Virus record (IMG/VR): IMGVR_UViG_3300020045_006982
Span: 1-34,554 of that record
Source: a virus
Lineage: Duplodnaviria; Caudoviricetes
Length of the DNA stretch: 34,554 nucleotides
Reading direction: 5' to 3' (one strand)
In this document: one piece after another, positions 32,397 to 34,554 of the stretch
Numbering within the stretch: the stretch's first letter is position 1
Layout of the letters: each line of letters opens with the position of its first letter
Position numbers and translations under genes: made by a program
The notes under the pieces: generated by a model
The model's input: only the letters and a program-made list of their open reading frames with translations
Database searches by the model: none
What the model was told of the DNA's origin: nothing

Positions 32397-34554
32397 TGTT
32401 TGCATCTTTATACATCGGTAATGATAAATTAGATTTGTTTAAGGATGAATCTGTAGAGTTGTCATCTAGTGTTGCTAACATAAACGACATTACAAAGAAT
32501 ATGACTGACTATTCTAAGTCTTTTACTGTTCCGGCAACACATAACAACAATATAATTTTCAAACATTATTACAATGCAAATATTGATAATTCTTTTGACG
32601 CAAGGATAAAACACGCAGGACGCATTGAATTATATGGTTTTCCTTTTAAAACTGGTAAATGGACACTAAATAAAGTAAGTGTTAAGCAAGGTAGACCGAG
32701 TTCATACACTATTAATTTTGTTGGTAATTTGGTTTCATTAAAAGATAAATTGAAAAATTACGAGTTAAAAGATTTGAATCTTTCAGCTTATAATCATACC
32801 TACAATCCAACAAATGTAAAAACAGGATTAACAACTTCATTATTTAGCGGGGCAGTAGTTTACAATCTATTTGTAAAAAAACAATTATATTATCGATCAG
32901 GAAGCGAAAACGTAAACACGGCAACACTTGCTAATATCGCTTATACTGGTGGCGCAAACACTGGGGTTAATTGGGATTTATTAAAACCCTCAATTCAATT
33001 AATTAAGATAATTGAAGCTATCGAAACTGATTTCAATATTACTTTTAGCCGTGATTTTTTTGGAACAGCACAGTTTCAAAAGCTTTATTTATGGGCAAAC
33101 AATTCCACTTCATTAGTCAATAGTAACGAGGTGAGAATTAATTTTACCAACATTGGAACAATTGGAAGCAACGGGGGAACTTTGGATTTGGTGGAAGATA
33201 CTTTTACCGCAGGAGGAAAACGGATTTATGGGTTAATGCAAATCGTACCGAGTGCAGGATACGAAACGGTACCATACAAGATTGAAAGAAAATTGGACGG
33301 AAATCCGTGGGGGGCTTATTCTGATTTAACGGGAACGACAGAAACGTATTGGAGAATCGACAATGACGACAAAAAACATTCTTGGTACGTAACGGCAAAT
33401 GATGAGTTTAAATTTACGTCACGTTTAACCATTGAATTTAATTACGAGTCTTACAATGGGGTTGCATCGTTTCCAGAGCAGACTATTTCGGGTCAATTTA
33501 ATTTATCAATGAATTTTCCTAAATTAAAGTTGATTGATTTTTTGAATGGATTATTTAAAACGTTTAAATTGGTTGTAATTGCAGATGATTACGATAACAT
33601 TTACATTGACACATTTAATAATTACTATGCCCAAGGTGGCGTGTACAATATTACCAAATACATTAAAACAGACTCTTTGGATGTGTCACGTGGCAATCTA
33701 TTAAATGAGATTAATTTTTCATTTAAAGAACCAAAGACATTGTTAAACACCCAATTCAAAATAAACACAGGGCAAGGGTATGGAGACGAGGCAACGTTAT
33801 TAACTGATGATGGAACACCGACAGGCACGCCATTAGAAGGAGATAGTTTAGGAGTTGAAGTTCCTTTTGAACAGGTAATTTATGAAAGATTAATTGATTT
33901 AAACGGGAATGTCCAAACAAACATAATGTATGGCGGTATTTTTAACGACAAGATTGAACCTGTTAGTCCTGACGTTCATATATTTTACAACATCAACACG
34001 GCAATTGGAAGTAAAACGATAGGATTTATTGACGACTTAGGAACTAAAACGCAACTATCAGGAAACATAAACACGCCTTCGCATTCAATTGACTTTGTTC
34101 TACCTGATTATAACCTGACATTCGGAATAGAAAACAACGAATGGAATAATATTGCAAGCGAAAAAACGCTATATTCCAACTATTACAAGAATTATATTGA
34201 GTCAATTTTCAACATCAAAAGACGTTCGTTTTCTTTTAAAGCAATATTACCGTTAAGAATATTATTAAAATTACAATTGAATGACGTTTTAGAAATTAAA
34301 AACAACTATTATCGAATAGACAATAATACTTTAAATTTATTGACACGTGAAGTAACTCTTAATTTAATAAACTCATTCGATGCTGTACTGGGCGCAATGA
34401 CAACAGCGACAACTAATTTATTTGCAGACAATACAGCACAAGTACAAAGTGTTTACGTGAATAATTTAGGCAATCCGTTGTTTGATGTTGACGGCGTTTT
34501 GTGGCTATCGTTAACATATGAAGGGAATAATGTTTACTATACCTTCTTGGAAAA
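32396..34554 (+). CDS. Large tail/baseplate hub protein (749 aa including the wrap to 212; missing from the track)
   Basis: ATG at 32396, open to the window end: MFASLYIGNDKLDLFKDE...DYSKSFTVPA..NN.IFKHYY...LQLND.....YYRID. Confidence 0.85.
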   Translation, partial: MFASLYIGNDKLDLFKDESVELSSSVANINDITKNMTDYSKSFTVPATHNNNIIFKHYYNANIDNSFDARIKHAGRIELYGFPFKTGKWTLNKVSVKQGRPSSYTINFVGNLVSLKDKLKNYELKDLNLSAYNHTYNPTNVKTGLTTSLFSGAVVYNLFVKKQLYYRSGSENVNTATLANIAYTGGANTGVNWDLLKPSIQLIKIIEAIETDFNITFSRDFFGTAQFQKLYLWANNSTSLVNSNEVRINFTNIGTIGSNGGTLDLVEDTFTAGGKRIYGLMQIVPSAGYETVPYKIERKLDGNPWGAYSDLTGTTETYWRIDNDDKKHSWYVTANDEFKFTSRLTIEFNYESYNGVASFPEQTISGQFNLSMNFPKLKLIDFLNGLFKTFKLVVIADDYDNIYIDTFNNYYAQGGVYNITKYIKTDSLDVSRGNLLNEINFSFKEPKTLLNTQFKINTGQGYGDEATLLTDDGTPTGTPLEGDSLGVEVPFEQVIYERLIDLNGNVQTNIMYGGIFNDKIEPVSPDVHIFYNINTAIGSKTIGFIDDLGTKTQLSGNINTPSHSIDFVLPDYNLTFGIENNEWNNIASEKTLYSNYYKNYIESIFNIKRRSFSFKAILPLRILLKLQLNDVLEIKNNYYRIDNNTLNLLTREVTLNLINSFDAVLGAMTTATTNLFADNTAQVQSVYVNNLGNPLFDVDGVLWLSLTYEGNNVYYTFLE
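34434..34554. repeat. Terminal direct repeat, right copy
   Basis: Identical to 1-121. Confidence 0.97.

Noticed and set aside
10130-33828. Other overlapping track ORFs (10130, 11041, 12704, 14489, 16905, 18291, 20929, 21630, 22016, 22195, 22316, 22608, 25620, 31655, 33204, 33625)
   Set aside because: They lie within or across better-supported genes and have no protein-like features
34434-34554. 121-bp repeat as a biological terminal repeat
   Set aside because: It falls mid-gene, has a k-mer-like length, and the terminase looks like a headful type; an assembler overlap is more likely

Overview
This window is best read as one complete, circularly permuted tailed-phage genome of about 34,433 bp: positions 1-121 are repeated exactly at 34434-34554 and one tail gene reads in frame across the junction. 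It is AT-rich and siphovirus-like. The host is probably a Flavobacteriaceae/Bacteroidota member, inferred from TAnnTTTG-type promoters, A-rich start regions without Shine-Dalgarno sites, and signal peptides ending in G/A-Q. Modules in order: packaging (TerS, TerL); tail (chaperone with a -1 frameshift, completion proteins, hub protein with a BACON-like C-terminus, tape measure); head (XkdF-like protease/scaffold, capsid, portal fused to a MuF-like domain); two tail-tube paralogs; a 997-aa pectin-lyase-fold tailspike with an apparent Sec signal peptide; lysis (holin-like proteins, GH19 endolysin, u-spanin-like lipoprotein); a short leftward operon; a divergent control region; early genes, a DNA methyltransferase, SSAP/exonuclease/SSB, primase-helicase plus a palindromic origin; and an ECF-like sigma factor. 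I saw no integrase, tRNA, CRISPR array or reverse transcriptase. The most unusual signals are two sequence-unrelated 5' leaders sharing one kissing-loop/terminator architecture, the signal-peptide-bearing tailspike, a dnaX-like A_AAA_AAG site at the portal/MuF junction, a Fur-box-like palindrome between the divergent promoters, and a three-copy ECF-type late promoter that probably makes leaderless mRNAs. All product calls come from reading motifs by eye; no searches were run.
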